Assembly: GCA_963764615.1 (NCBI GenBank)
Contig: CAVXTF010000002.1
Coordinates: 2,016,351-2,080,350, forward strand
Direction: 5' to 3'
From: an uncultured Acidimicrobiales bacterium
Lineage (GTDB): Bacteria; Actinomycetota; Acidimicrobiia; Acidimicrobiales; CAVXTF01
DNA length: 64,000 bases
Each line of letters starts with the position of its first letter. Position 1 is the first letter of the stretch. The notes beneath the pieces are model-generated. The model was not told the DNA's origin, did no database searches, and saw only the letters and a list, made by a program, of their open reading frames with translations. Below, in pieces: positions 35,845 to 45,678 of the stretch. Position numbers and translations under genes: made by a program.

Positions 35845-37352
35845 GCCGCCTTGACCCGGAATTTCTCGCTCTCCCACTCGAGTCGGTCCGCTCGGCCGCG
35901 CTCGAACGGGCATCCTCACTCGGGTGCAGTCATGCCGAGCTGCGCGTGGAACGCATCCGCTCGCAAGCGTTGTCGCTTCGCGACGCGAAGGTCGAGACCA
36001 CCGCTGACGACGTCGAGCTCGGCATGGGCATCCGCGTCGTGCACGACGGGGTCATCGGATTCGCAGCAACCGCCGAGCTTCACCCGAAAGCCGCCTCGGA
36101 GCTCGCCGAGCAGGCGACCGCGCTGGCGGTAGCGGTGTCGGCCGCGGCGACCGAGCGCGTCGAGCTCGCAGACGAGCGCGGAGCAGGCGAAGTCGAATGG
36201 GTGTCGGAGTACGACGTCGACCCCACGAGCGTGTCTTTGAGCGACAAGGTCGCTCTGCTCGAGGCATGGAGCAACCGGGTTCTCTCCGCACCGGGCGTGG
36301 ACCACGTCACCACCTATGTGCTGGCGGTGGCAGAGGACAAGCACTTTGCCGACCTGGCGGGGACGATCGCCACGCAGCGCCGGGTCAGGGTCCACCCCGT
36401 CTTGGAGGCGCTTGCCGTCAACCGCACGACCGGCGAATTCGAGACCATGCGGACGATCGCAGCTCCGGTCGCCAGGGGCTGGGAATACTTGCAGGGAAAC
36501 GGGGGGTGGGACCCGGATGCGGAGCTCGCGGAACTCCCGGACCTGCTCGCGGCGAAGGTGGCCGCACCGTCGGTGGAACCTGGCCTTTACGACCTGGTCA
36601 TCGACCCGTCCAACCTGTTCCTCACCATCCACGAGTCCATCGGCCACGCGACCGAGCTCGACAGGGCGCTCGGATACGAGGCTGCCTACGCGGGTACCTC
36701 GTTCGCGACCTTCGACAAGCTCGGGACCCTCGAGTACGGATCAGAGATCATGAACGTGACTGGGGACCGGACGACTCCCCATGGCCTTGCGACCGTTGGT
36801 TACGACGACGAAGGCGTCGCATCGCAGTCGTTCGACATCATCAGGAATGGGGTCCTCGTCGGGTACCAGCTCGACAGGCGCATGGCCGCCGCCAACGGGC
36901 TGGGACGCTCCAACGGCTGCGCTTTCGCAGACTCTCCCTTCCACGTCCCGATCCAGCGCATGGCGAACGTGTCGCTGAGGCCGGCCGACTCCGACGGGCC
37001 TACGACGGCCGACCTCATATCGTCGACCGACCGCGGCATCTACATAGTCGGAGACAAGAGCTGGTCGATCGACATGCAAAGGCACAACTTCCAGTTCACA
37101 GGTCAGCGTTTCTTCCTCATCGACAAAGGTCGCGTGAAGGGTCAGGTCAAAGACGTCGCGTACCAGTCCAGGACGACTGATTTCTGGGGATCCATGGACG
37201 CGGTCGGCGGAACGTCGACGTACGTCCTCGGAGGAGCGTTCAACTGCGGCAAAGGTCAACCGGGCCAGGTCGCTCCGGTGAGCCACGGCTGCCCGGCCGC
37301 TCGGTTCTCGCAGGTGAACGTGCTCAACACGCGTGCCGAGGCGGGACGATGA
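35841..37352 (+). CDS. tldD: TldD family metalloprotease
   Basis: The HESIGHATELD zinc motif and the overall TldD/PmbA layout are present. The start is set at MSRLDPEFLALP, with an ATGA overlap on the cupin gene. Confidence 0.9.
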   Translation: MSRLDPEFLALPLESVRSAALERASSLGCSHAELRVERIRSQALSLRDAKVETTADDVELGMGIRVVHDGVIGFAATAELHPKAASELAEQATALAVAVSAAATERVELADERGAGEVEWVSEYDVDPTSVSLSDKVALLEAWSNRVLSAPGVDHVTTYVLAVAEDKHFADLAGTIATQRRVRVHPVLEALAVNRTTGEFETMRTIAAPVARGWEYLQGNGGWDPDAELAELPDLLAAKVAAPSVEPGLYDLVIDPSNLFLTIHESIGHATELDRALGYEAAYAGTSFATFDKLGTLEYGSEIMNVTGDRTTPHGLATVGYDDEGVASQSFDIIRNGVLVGYQLDRRMAAANGLGRSNGCAFADSPFHVPIQRMANVSLRPADSDGPTTADLISSTDRGIYIVGDKSWSIDMQRHNFQFTGQRFFLIDKGRVKGQVKDVAYQSRTTDFWGSMDAVGGTSTYVLGGAFNCGKGQPGQVAPVSHGCPAARFSQVNVLNTRAEAGR

Positions 37353-38743
37353 GCGCCGAACGCCGTCTCGAGCCGCCCCACCAGGTCGTAGAGAGGGCAC
37401 TCGCCGACTCCGGCCCGGGTGGTTGTGTGGTCGTGATCGAAGACACGAGCGAGGTCGATCTCCGCTTCGCCGTGAACACGGTCACCACCAACGGCGTCCG
37501 GACCCACAGACGGGTCACCGTCATCCGTTCGTGCGAACGCGAGGAAGGGACGTCGGTCGGCATCTCGAGCCGCAGCGGTGCGGTGGAGGTCGGTGACCTG
37601 CTCTTCGCTGCCGAGCAGGACGCCCTCAAAGCTTCTCCGGCCGAAGATGCTGCCTCCCTGATCGAAGGCGCCGTCTCAGAGGACTTCGAGGATGCCCCCG
37701 TCCGCAACGAGCCGGCGGTGCTCGGCAGCGTCCTGTCGGGGCTCGGCGGGGCTTTCGAACGCGCCGGCTCCGCTGGTCGGGTGCTCGCCGGATTCGCGGA
37801 GCACGCGGTGTCCACCACGTACCTCGGAACCTCGACGGGTACGCGGCTGCGCCATGTCCAGCCGACGGGCAAGGTCGAGCTCGTCGCTCGCGACCGCTCG
37901 GGTGGCCGCTCTGCGTGGGTCGGGATCGGAGGCCCTGACATGGCAGAGATCGACCTCGCCGAGGTCGAGCAGCGACTCGTCAGCAGGCTGGGATGGGCAG
38001 AGCGACAGGTCGAATTGCCTGCCGGCCGCTATCAGGTCCTTCTTCCGCCCGATGCCGTGGCCGACCTGGTTCTGATGCTCGGGGAGGCCACTTCGGGACG
38101 CGAGGCAGAAGAGGGCCGGACCGTGTTCTCTTCTCCGGGAGGTGGCACCAGGATCGGAGAGGCGGTGAGCGAGGTCGCGTTCGACCTGCTGAGCGACCCC
38201 TCGGAGCCAGGTCTCGAGTGCGAGCCGTTCCTGGCCACCACGGCCTCGGGGTCCGACGTATCGGTGTTCGACAACGGCATGGCGCTCGGACGGACCCATT
38301 GGGTGAGGCAGGGACGGCTCGAGCGCCTCAGGTACCACCGGGCGGGAGCGGCGAGATCCGCAATGCTCCCCGCACCGCCGATCGACAATCTGGTGCTCGA
38401 GGTGCCCGGGTCGACTGCCTCACTCGACTCGATGATCGCGGGCACTGAAAGGGCCCTGCTCCTCACGTGCCTCTGGTACATACGTGAGGTCGACCCCTCG
38501 ACGCTGCTTCTCACAGGCCTGACCCGCGATGGCGTCTACCTGGTGGAACGCGGCGAGATCGTGGGCGCAGTGAACAATTTCCGGTTCAACGAGAGCCCCA
38601 TGAACCTCCTCGCCAAGTCGGTCGAGGTGGGCCGCACCGAGCGTGCGCTGTCGAGGGAGTGGAACGAGTACTTCAACCGCACGGCGATGCCACCCCTCCG
38701 GGTCGACGGGTTCAACATGAGCTCTGTCAGCCCAGCGACCTGA
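37349..38743 (+). CDS. pmbA: TldE/PmbA-like metallopeptidase partner subunit
   Basis: 464-aa TldD/PmbA-family protein lacking the HExxH motif. It has an ATGA overlap with tldD. Confidence 0.8.
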   Translation: MSAERRLEPPHQVVERALADSGPGGCVVVIEDTSEVDLRFAVNTVTTNGVRTHRRVTVIRSCEREEGTSVGISSRSGAVEVGDLLFAAEQDALKASPAEDAASLIEGAVSEDFEDAPVRNEPAVLGSVLSGLGGAFERAGSAGRVLAGFAEHAVSTTYLGTSTGTRLRHVQPTGKVELVARDRSGGRSAWVGIGGPDMAEIDLAEVEQRLVSRLGWAERQVELPAGRYQVLLPPDAVADLVLMLGEATSGREAEEGRTVFSSPGGGTRIGEAVSEVAFDLLSDPSEPGLECEPFLATTASGSDVSVFDNGMALGRTHWVRQGRLERLRYHRAGAARSAMLPAPPIDNLVLEVPGSTASLDSMIAGTERALLLTCLWYIREVDPSTLLLTGLTRDGVYLVERGEIVGAVNNFRFNESPMNLLAKSVEVGRTERALSREWNEYFNRTAMPPLRVDGFNMSSVSPAT

Positions 38744-38858
38744 CCTGCTGCCCGGAGAGCACCGAGGTGGGAGAACGCGCAGCATCCCGCCGGGCGTGCT
38801 TCCGCGCGACGATGGTTGGATCACTGAGACCCATCGCGCCCTCAAGGAGGACACCGTC

Positions 38859-39263
38859 GTGACCGACCACGTCGAGCTGGAGCTCCCCGCGCGCCCTGAC
38901 CTGCTGGTGCTCGCCCGCATGACAGTCGGAGCTGTGGCGGCGCGCGCCGAGATGCCGGTCGACGACATAGAGGACCTGCGCCTGGCCATCGACGAGCTTT
39001 GCCTGTCGGCGGTGGGCGACCGGCGCGAAGGACGGCTCGAGCTGAGGTACGACTGGGGCCCCTCGGGCATGGAGGTGTCATGCACGTTCAAGCCTTCTGA
39101 CCCTGGCGCATCGGTGGGCGGCGACACCGACGACGTCGGCTCGCTACCGAGCGACCTGTCAGAACGGATACTCGACGCGCTCGTGGACGAGCACGGCCGC
39201 GAGGTGGTCGACGGCGGAGAGCGCGCATGGTTCAGGAAACGCCATGAAAGGACCGGTGACTGA
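38859..39263 (+). CDS. usfX: Anti-sigma-F factor, UsfX/RsbW-like
   Basis: AAGGAGG at 38844-38850 precedes the GTG at 38859. VELELPARPDLLVLARMTVGAVAARAE..DIEDLRLAIDELC mirrors mycobacterial UsfX. The end overlaps the sigma start by 1 nt. Confidence 0.75.
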   Translation: MTDHVELELPARPDLLVLARMTVGAVAARAEMPVDDIEDLRLAIDELCLSAVGDRREGRLELRYDWGPSGMEVSCTFKPSDPGASVGGDTDDVGSLPSDLSERILDALVDEHGREVVDGGERAWFRKRHERTGD

Positions 39264-40036
39264 TGGAGGCGAGCGCGCGGCGCGGAGCCGTGCGGGACGA
39301 CTTCGCCCGGTTCGCAACCTCGCGCGACAACGATCTGCGCGAGAAGCTCATCGAGGCGCACCTCGGACTGGCCGAGCACCTGGCTCGCCGTTTCACCCAT
39401 CGCGGCGAGGCCTATGACGACCTGGTGCAGGTCAGCTCCCTCGCGCTCGTCAAAGCGGTCGACCGCTTCGATCCCGAGAGAGGTGTGGAGTTCACAACCT
39501 TCGCCACGCGGACGATCATCGGCGAGCTCAAGCGGCATTTCCGCGACAGGGGCTGGGCCGTCCGCGCCCCCAGACGCATCCAGGAGCTCTACCTGCACAT
39601 CGGGCAGGCGATTTCCGTGCTCTCCCAGGAGAATGGGCGCTCGCCCGGGATAAAGGAGCTCGCCCAGGCGACGGGTGCCACAGAGGACGAGGTCATCGAA
39701 GCGCTGGAAGCGGGCCAGGGCTACCGCTCGGCGTCACTGGACGCACCGGGACCCGACGGGGAGTCCCTCGGGAGCCGGCTAGGAACCGACGACGCCGCCT
39801 TCTCCGATGCCGAGCACCGCGCGGCCCTGTCCCCTCACCTGGCGAAGCTCCCCCGTAGGGAACGCCTCATACTCACCCTCAGGTTCGTGGAGGGCCTCAC
39901 CCAGTCCGAGATCGCCGAACAGATCGGGATCAGCCAGATGCACGTCTCGCGGCTCCTGAGCCGGAGCCTCATGGCGCTTCGTGCCTCCTATATGGTGAAT
40001 GACGGCGAACAGGCGCCCCGCCGGAGGACTCCATGA
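39263..40036 (+). CDS. sigF: SigF/SigB-type (group 3) RNA polymerase sigma factor
   Basis: Region 2 is YDDLVQVSSLALVKAVDRFDPERGVEFTTFATRTIIGELKRHFRD. Region 4 is LTQSEIAEQIGISQMHVSRLL. Confidence 0.85.
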   Translation: MEASARRGAVRDDFARFATSRDNDLREKLIEAHLGLAEHLARRFTHRGEAYDDLVQVSSLALVKAVDRFDPERGVEFTTFATRTIIGELKRHFRDRGWAVRAPRRIQELYLHIGQAISVLSQENGRSPGIKELAQATGATEDEVIEALEAGQGYRSASLDAPGPDGESLGSRLGTDDAAFSDAEHRAALSPHLAKLPRRERLILTLRFVEGLTQSEIAEQIGISQMHVSRLLSRSLMALRASYMVNDGEQAPRRRTP

Positions 40037-40377
40037 CAGGTGCAGAGCTCGACGTCACGGTGCGAAAGCTGGACGGCACGGCCGTGGTCGTCGTCGCCGG
40101 AGAGATCGACGTCTACACCTCACCTCTGCTCCAGGAGCGGTTGGTCGAAGTGCTTCGCGACGGGATCTCTTCGATCGTGCTCGACCTGTCTGCGGTGACA
40201 TTCCTCGACTCGACGGGCCTGGGCGTGCTGATCACCTGCCTCAAGCGCTGCCGCAGCGCCGAGGGCGACCTGGTACTGGTCACGGCTCAGCCGAACGTGC
40301 TCAAGGTTCTCGAGATCACGGGACTGAACGACGTCTTCCAGGTCCACGACTCTGTGGACGACGCCATCGCCACCTGA
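40033..40377 (+). CDS. STAS-domain anti-sigma-factor antagonist
   Basis: VVVVAGEIDVYTSPLLQERL..LDLSAVTFLDSTGLGVLI is present. It has an ATGA overlap with the sigma gene. Confidence 0.85.
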   Translation: MTGAELDVTVRKLDGTAVVVVAGEIDVYTSPLLQERLVEVLRDGISSIVLDLSAVTFLDSTGLGVLITCLKRCRSAEGDLVLVTAQPNVLKVLEITGLNDVFQVHDSVDDAIAT

Positions 40378-40428
40378 GCGCCGAGCGCGAACCGGGCTCA
40401 GACGTCCCGACCGATCCGAGGAGACGAA

Positions 40429-41217
40429 TTGATCCTTGACCGCTTCCGCCTGACCGACCGGGTTGCAGTGGTGACGGCCGCCGGCAAGGGGATCGGTGCG
40501 GCGAGTGCCGTCGCTCTCGCGCAGGCCGGGGCCGACGTGGTCATCGCGGCCAGGACCCCTGAAGATCTCGAATCAGTCGCGAAGCGGGTCGCAGAAGCCG
40601 GCCGCAGGGCAGAGACCGTTGCCATTGACCTGTCCGACCCCCCCGCCGCGGCGAGCCTCGCACAAGTCGCACTCGAGAGCTTCGGACGGCTCGACGTGAT
40701 CGTCAATAATCTCGGCGGGTGGATGCCCCGGCCGATCCTCGAGGTCACCCCGGGTCATCTCGAGAGGGCGTTCCGCTTCAATGTCGCGACAGCGCACTCC
40801 CTCGTACGCGCTGGTGTCCCGGTGATGCTCGCAGGTGACGGCGGATCGATCATCAACATCTCGTCGTTCGCGGCAAGCGTCGGCGCCAGGGGGATGGTCG
40901 CATACGCGACGGCGAAAGCGGCGCTCTCGCACTACACACGCTCTGCTGCAGCCGAGCTCGGACCGAAGATCCGTGTTAACGCGATCGGGGTCGGAACGGT
41001 CGCAACGTCATCGGTCGAACTGGTTATCCAAGACGACACTGCGCGCTCGCTCATCGAGAGGACGACTTCCTTGCGAAGGCCAGGACAGCCCGAAGAGATC
41101 GCTGCTGCGGTCGTGTTCCTGGCGGCTCAGTCCGGGAGCTACGTGACGGGGACGGTGCTCCATGTGGACGGCGGTGCACAGGCCTACCAGCTAGACCTTG
41201 GCCTGCCCGACCTCTAA
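40429..41217 (+). CDS. SDR family oxidoreductase (FabG-like)
   Basis: VAVVTAAGKGIGAA, NISS and YATAKAAL (YxxxK) are present. The start is TTG with GAGGAG upstream. Confidence 0.9.
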   Translation: MILDRFRLTDRVAVVTAAGKGIGAASAVALAQAGADVVIAARTPEDLESVAKRVAEAGRRAETVAIDLSDPPAAASLAQVALESFGRLDVIVNNLGGWMPRPILEVTPGHLERAFRFNVATAHSLVRAGVPVMLAGDGGSIINISSFAASVGARGMVAYATAKAALSHYTRSAAAELGPKIRVNAIGVGTVATSSVELVIQDDTARSLIERTTSLRRPGQPEEIAAAVVFLAAQSGSYVTGTVLHVDGGAQAYQLDLGLPDL

Positions 41218-41231
41218 GCGGGCCCCCGGGG

Positions 41232-41918
41232 TCAACCGAACGGTGCGCCGTCGTAACGGTCCACCGTCGTGAAGCCGGAGACCTCCCTGCGCTTCAGGCG
41301 ATGCGGTTGATGCTCGGGATATCCCAGACACACGAGACCGGCGACGACCACTTCAGGGGGCAGTCCCACGAGTTCGCGGACCTGGTCCTCGCGCTTCACC
41401 ACCATGGTCGTCATGACGCCTCCGAGACCCTCTGCCCTCGCGCCGAGCAGCACGCTCCAGCAGAACGGGTAGATCGAAGCCCCGCCGACAAGGGTGTAGC
41501 GATCGAGGTCGCGATCGACCGCCGCGAGCGCTCGGAGGTCTGCCACGACGAGAATCAGAACCGGCACATCGTCGAGATGCTCGGCAAACCCTCCGGGCCC
41601 GCTTGCAGCCGCCGCAGCCACCTCGGGCGCCTTGGCACGGGCGATGGTCTCGGCATCGCGGTCTGTGACAGGCGCCCAAGGAACGAGACCTGCCGCTCCC
41701 ATGGCCAGGTACTCGTACCACCCTTCCAGGTAGATGTCGCGCAGCCGCTTCCTCGCGGCCGGGTCGCGCACGACAATCAGGCGCCACCCCTGCCGGTTGC
41801 CACCACTCGGCGCGAAGCGTGCGTTGTCGAGCACCCGAGCCAGCACCTCGTCGGGCACCGGTTCGTCCCGGAACTCGCGTGCAGCGCCTGTGGTGCGGAG
41901 AGCCTCGACCAGATCCAT
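41232..41918 (-). CDS. Nitroreductase family protein
   Basis: RTTGAAREFRDEPVPDEVLARVLDNARFAPSGGNRQGWRLIVV is present. The start is set at MDLVEAL, trimming 73 codons from the ORF. Confidence 0.85.
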   Translation of the reverse strand: MDLVEALRTTGAAREFRDEPVPDEVLARVLDNARFAPSGGNRQGWRLIVVRDPAARKRLRDIYLEGWYEYLAMGAAGLVPWAPVTDRDAETIARAKAPEVAAAAASGPGGFAEHLDDVPVLILVVADLRALAAVDRDLDRYTLVGGASIYPFCWSVLLGARAEGLGGVMTTMVVKREDQVRELVGLPPEVVVAGLVCLGYPEHQPHRLKRREVSGFTTVDRYDGAPFG

Positions 41919-41938
41919 GCGCGCACGGTACCCGTCCG

Positions 41939-43009
41939 GTGACGACCGCGGGAGCGCCGGGACCCCCCAGCGAGGACACCGGACCGGTCGCGAGTGCACT
42001 GGCAGACTGGCTCGGCGAACGCCTGCCGGGTTCGGGGGAAGTCCATATCGGGCCGGTCGAAAAGCCCGGGTCGGGGCTCTCCGGAGGGACGTTGCTAGTC
42101 GAGGCACGTCGCGGCGAGGGTTCGCTCGAGCGGTCACACAGGCTCGTCGTCAGGATGCCTCCGGCGCAGGGCAAAGGTCTCTTCCCGGCGAGCGACCTCG
42201 GCCGCGAGCACCGGTTCATGCTGCTTCTCGAGCGATCCGGCGTTCCTTTGGCTCCTGTGGTCGGGCTCGAGGAGGACCCGTCCGTGCTCGGCAGACCCTT
42301 CCTGGTGACGAGGAGGGTCGAAGGACGGCTGATCGACTCGACCACCCCGTATCTGAGCCGGGGATGGCTTCACGACGAGTCCGAGCCGTTCCAGAGCCGC
42401 CTGATCAGAAGCTTTCTCGGCGTCATGGCGACGATCCACCGCTGCGACCTGAGCGCCAGAGTCGCCACCGAGTTCGGCGATGGCCGACCTGATGGAGTCG
42501 CCGGAGCGTTGGAACGCTGGTCGCGGTACCTCGAATGGGCAGACGATGCGGCCGCCGCACCCGACCAACTGCACGATGCGCTCGCCTGGTGCCGGGCGAA
42601 CAGTCCGCCGAACGAGCCGGAGCACTCCCTCGTGTGGGGCGACGCGCAGCTCGCGAACGCCGTGTTCGGCGACGACGGGTCCACCCTGGCCGTGCTCGAC
42701 TTCGAGCTTGCCGCCGTAGGCCCCGCCGAGCTCGACCTCGGTTGGCTCTTCTGCCTCCACGACATGACGGTCGCCCGATGCGGGCAGGACCTGCCCGGCT
42801 TCGGTGACCGCCGCGGTCAGGTCGAGATCTACCAGGAGCTCCTCGGCCGTCCGGTCGACGACCTCAGCTGGTACGAGACCTTCGCGGCCGTGTGCACCGC
42901 CTCGATCCTCGTGCGAGTGGCGACGTTGCTGGGCAAGGGGGGAGCGGACATGGCGTGGCTCGCTCGTTCGAACCCGGCACTCGACTACCTCGCTTCGCGC
43001 CTCACATGA
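41939..43009 (+). CDS. Phosphotransferase (APH / choline-kinase-like) family protein
   Basis: LVWGDAQLANAVF..LAVLDFELA carries the Brenner/HxDxxxxN-like and DFE motifs. The GTG start at 41939 is tentative. Confidence 0.75.
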   Translation: MTTAGAPGPPSEDTGPVASALADWLGERLPGSGEVHIGPVEKPGSGLSGGTLLVEARRGEGSLERSHRLVVRMPPAQGKGLFPASDLGREHRFMLLLERSGVPLAPVVGLEEDPSVLGRPFLVTRRVEGRLIDSTTPYLSRGWLHDESEPFQSRLIRSFLGVMATIHRCDLSARVATEFGDGRPDGVAGALERWSRYLEWADDAAAAPDQLHDALAWCRANSPPNEPEHSLVWGDAQLANAVFGDDGSTLAVLDFELAAVGPAELDLGWLFCLHDMTVARCGQDLPGFGDRRGQVEIYQELLGRPVDDLSWYETFAAVCTASILVRVATLLGKGGADMAWLARSNPALDYLASRLT

Positions 43010-43043
43010 AGACGAAAGGTCCTCAAGTGGGCGCGGACCGGCA

Positions 43044-44216
43044 TCAGACGAACGAGTCGCCCGCCGAAAGGCCGATGTCGGGTTGCGCCCCGGTGACGAT
43101 GCTCTGCAGGTTTCCCCAGCCGACTCCCCCACCAGCGGGGTCACGGACCTCGACCACACAGTCACGCAATTGGTGGAGGCTCTTTGCTGTCTCGACGCGC
43201 GTGCAGTCCGCGTGATGCTCGCCTTCGAGAAAATCGTCCCCCCTCCACTGACCGTGCCAGTGCCCTTCGTACCCCAGGTACAACCCGGCACCGAGATGGA
43301 AGCCGGTGTCGGACACCGATCGCAGATGCAGCGGACGTTTCTGCCCGTCCTCCAGTTCGAATTCGATATCCCCTTCGACAAAACGGCGATTGTCGTGCCG
43401 GAACACCAGTCTGTGCTCGACGTTCTTGAAAAGCACCCGGGATCCGCCAGGTAGCTCTATCCCGCCTTGGAGCTCCTTACGGCTCCAGCTGCCGACCGAG
43501 TGTCGCTGGTAGTACCAGTGGATCCCGTAGTGCGAGCCGTCGGACCTTTCGCAGAGCACAGGACACCACATGACGAGCGACGAGACACCGCTCTGATCAT
43601 GTTCGGGCACCGCGTCTTCGACGGGAGAACCCACCCCGTAGCGGACGCCCCAGCTGTGATCGCGAGCAGTCACCCAATTGGCGGGACCGATCTCGACACG
43701 CGACCCGTCGAACTCGACCCAACCGCTCGCAGTGCCGACCTGGTGGTACCGCACAACATCGGCGGCCACGCGTCTGCCCGACACGCCACGGTGCTGTTCC
43801 CGACGCTCGAGCACGGGCGGTACAGCCGCATCGAACAACCAATCGAAGGTGACCGGGACCGCTGTATTGGCGTCGAGCGACAAGCGGATCTTTTGAAGCG
43901 GCTCGACAACCTCGTAGCGGAACGGGCCGACGTTGCCGGCGACGGGATCGCGACCGATACGGCCGCTGGCGCGCACCGTCCACTGCTCGACTCCGCGCGA
44001 CACACCGCCAAATGCGTCCATCACGCCGCGATTCGGATAGACGCCCAAGCCGAACACGAGTTGGATCGAGCCCTCGCGGTCTGCTGCCATCGCCCAGATC
44101 TTCTCGGTCCATGACCGGTCGCTCTGTGCGACAGTCGCGAACGTGTCTGCGATCTGGTGGACGAGCATCTCGTCTGCAGGAACCAATGGGCCGACGGATG
44201 CCACGGCGCGGACCAT
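43044..44216 (-). CDS. Conserved hypothetical protein (about 390 aa), family not recognised
   Basis: The ORF has unbiased composition (MLVHQIADTFATVAQSDRSWTEKIW..). The start is set at MVRAVASVG. Confidence 0.65.
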   Translation of the reverse strand: MVRAVASVGPLVPADEMLVHQIADTFATVAQSDRSWTEKIWAMAADREGSIQLVFGLGVYPNRGVMDAFGGVSRGVEQWTVRASGRIGRDPVAGNVGPFRYEVVEPLQKIRLSLDANTAVPVTFDWLFDAAVPPVLERREQHRGVSGRRVAADVVRYHQVGTASGWVEFDGSRVEIGPANWVTARDHSWGVRYGVGSPVEDAVPEHDQSGVSSLVMWCPVLCERSDGSHYGIHWYYQRHSVGSWSRKELQGGIELPGGSRVLFKNVEHRLVFRHDNRRFVEGDIEFELEDGQKRPLHLRSVSDTGFHLGAGLYLGYEGHWHGQWRGDDFLEGEHHADCTRVETAKSLHQLRDCVVEVRDPAGGGVGWGNLQSIVTGAQPDIGLSAGDSFV

Positions 44217-44276
44217 ACCAGCGGTGTAGGCGACCGAAATGACCTGTTTGCGAGACCGAGGTCGTATCCTCGTTTG

Positions 44277-44612
44277 ATGAGCGTCTACTTGGACGACTGG
44301 CGGCAATCCGCCACGATCCGCTCGATGACGTCGCGTTGGTCCCATCTGACCGCCGACACGACACAGGAGCTTCATCTGTTCGCCAGAAAGCTCGGCATTC
44401 CTGCCAGGGCGTTCCAGCAGAAACCGGGAAAGCCGCAGTTCGACCATTACGACGTTCCAGAGGAGCTTCGTGAGCTCGCGATCTCACTCGGTGCGATCGC
44501 TCTCACATGGAGGCAAGCGGCGGCGATGCGCCGCGGGCGCCGTGTGCCGCTTACGACTTCAGAGCTTGCAGAAGGGTCGCCTCCTGGCCGGCCTGCTGAC
44601 GCCCACCGCTAG
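44277..44612 (+). CDS. DUF4031 domain-containing protein
   Basis: MSVYLDDWRQSATIRSMTSRWSHLTADTTQELHLFARKLGIP..FDHYDVPEELRELAISLGA is present. Confidence 0.75.
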   Translation: MSVYLDDWRQSATIRSMTSRWSHLTADTTQELHLFARKLGIPARAFQQKPGKPQFDHYDVPEELRELAISLGAIALTWRQAAAMRRGRRVPLTTSELAEGSPPGRPADAHR

Positions 44613-45036
44613 CCGGGATGATGACGTTGACGTCGGTGAGCCGCACGTACCACTGATCGCTTCCGAACTGGATGGTGACAGGCCGCTTCTTCAAAAGACC
44701 CTGCTGACCATGTGGCACGACCCGCAACCCGCTAAGCGGGAAAGTGAACCAGACCGACGGGTCAGCCTCGATATCCGGCGTCAGGATCCCGAAGACCCTT
44801 CCGGCACCGACCCCCAGAGCCGCCCTGCCCTCCGACGATGCCGGCGCGGCGAGCCCGGGCGAGCCGTCGTTCCATGGCGCGGCCTGGCCGGTGAACACGG
44901 CTCGGGCCCTGTACATGCGCGTCTTGCTCCCGTCCAATGATTCGGGGATCTGCTGACCGTCGCAGCGCATGTTGAACAGCGCAACGGTCCTGGTCCTTCC
45001 GCGGCCTTCGACGAGGACAGCACTGATGTCGGCCAC
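44551..45036 (-). CDS. Hypothetical protein
   Basis: 161-aa ORF with non-shadow-like composition. I recognise no family. It overlaps the DUF4031 3' end by 62 nt. Confidence 0.5.
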   Translation of the reverse strand: MADISAVLVEGRGRTRTVALFNMRCDGQQIPESLDGSKTRMYRARAVFTGQAAPWNDGSPGLAAPASSEGRAALGVGAGRVFGILTPDIEADPSVWFTFPLSGLRVVPHGQQGLLKKRPVTIQFGSDQWYVRLTDVNVIIPASGGRQQAGQEATLLQALKS

Positions 45037-45164
45037 GACCCTCCTTGTCGCAAGCTTGTCGTGACGCGCCGAACCTTTCCGGGCGGGTCACTCGCGTCCG
45101 AATTCTGGCATGGGCGGATACCGAGTGGGTCGATCCGCGGGCATCTGACGAGTAGACACTGGCC

Positions 45165-45653
45165 ATGGCGAGGTCGGTCCACAAGCTGCAGTTCAGGCCC
45201 GGGGAGTCAGGCGAGGTCCTTGCAGCAATGGCGACCATCGGTCAGGCGGGCGACGGCTGGATCAATCTTCTGCCCGGAATCGATTCCGACGAAGCACCTC
45301 CCCGCCCGACGGGCTTGACCGCCGTGCTCGCTCCGCGGACACCTGGAGCGGTCATGGGGACCTGGACCCCGCAGAAACAGAACCGCCGCGGCATGCAGGG
45401 AGCCACGGTCGGACTGCTTCACCCCGCCGGCCGGTTCGCCTCACGCCAGTTGGCCTCGCTCGGGGCCCCCGTCCCGAGCGGATGGATCGTGCGACAGGAC
45501 AATCAGCGCCGCGGCCTCATCGTTGTCGCACCAGTCGACACACCCGACTCCGAGGTGCTCGATTGGATAATCGCAGCAGGCACAGCGTTGTGTGGCCTCG
45601 AGCTGACTGGCGAATGGCGAGCCGACATCTATCTGCCCAAGCCAGATCTCTGA
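45165..45653 (+). CDS. Hypothetical protein
   Basis: 162-aa ORF, divergent from 44551..45036. I recognise no family. Confidence 0.5.
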   Translation: MARSVHKLQFRPGESGEVLAAMATIGQAGDGWINLLPGIDSDEAPPRPTGLTAVLAPRTPGAVMGTWTPQKQNRRGMQGATVGLLHPAGRFASRQLASLGAPVPSGWIVRQDNQRRGLIVVAPVDTPDSEVLDWIIAAGTALCGLELTGEWRADIYLPKPDL

Positions 45654-45678
45654 CTTGCTCGAGCACGCGAGCGGCAGG

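Noticed and set aside
41819-41938. ATG at 41819 as the start of the phosphotransferase (100-nt overlap with the nitroreductase 5' end)
   Set aside because: The first ~40 codons are R/P/A-rich and overlap the divergent gene. Homology-like sequence begins near PVASALADWLGE, so a GTG at 41939 (or nearby) is more plausible.
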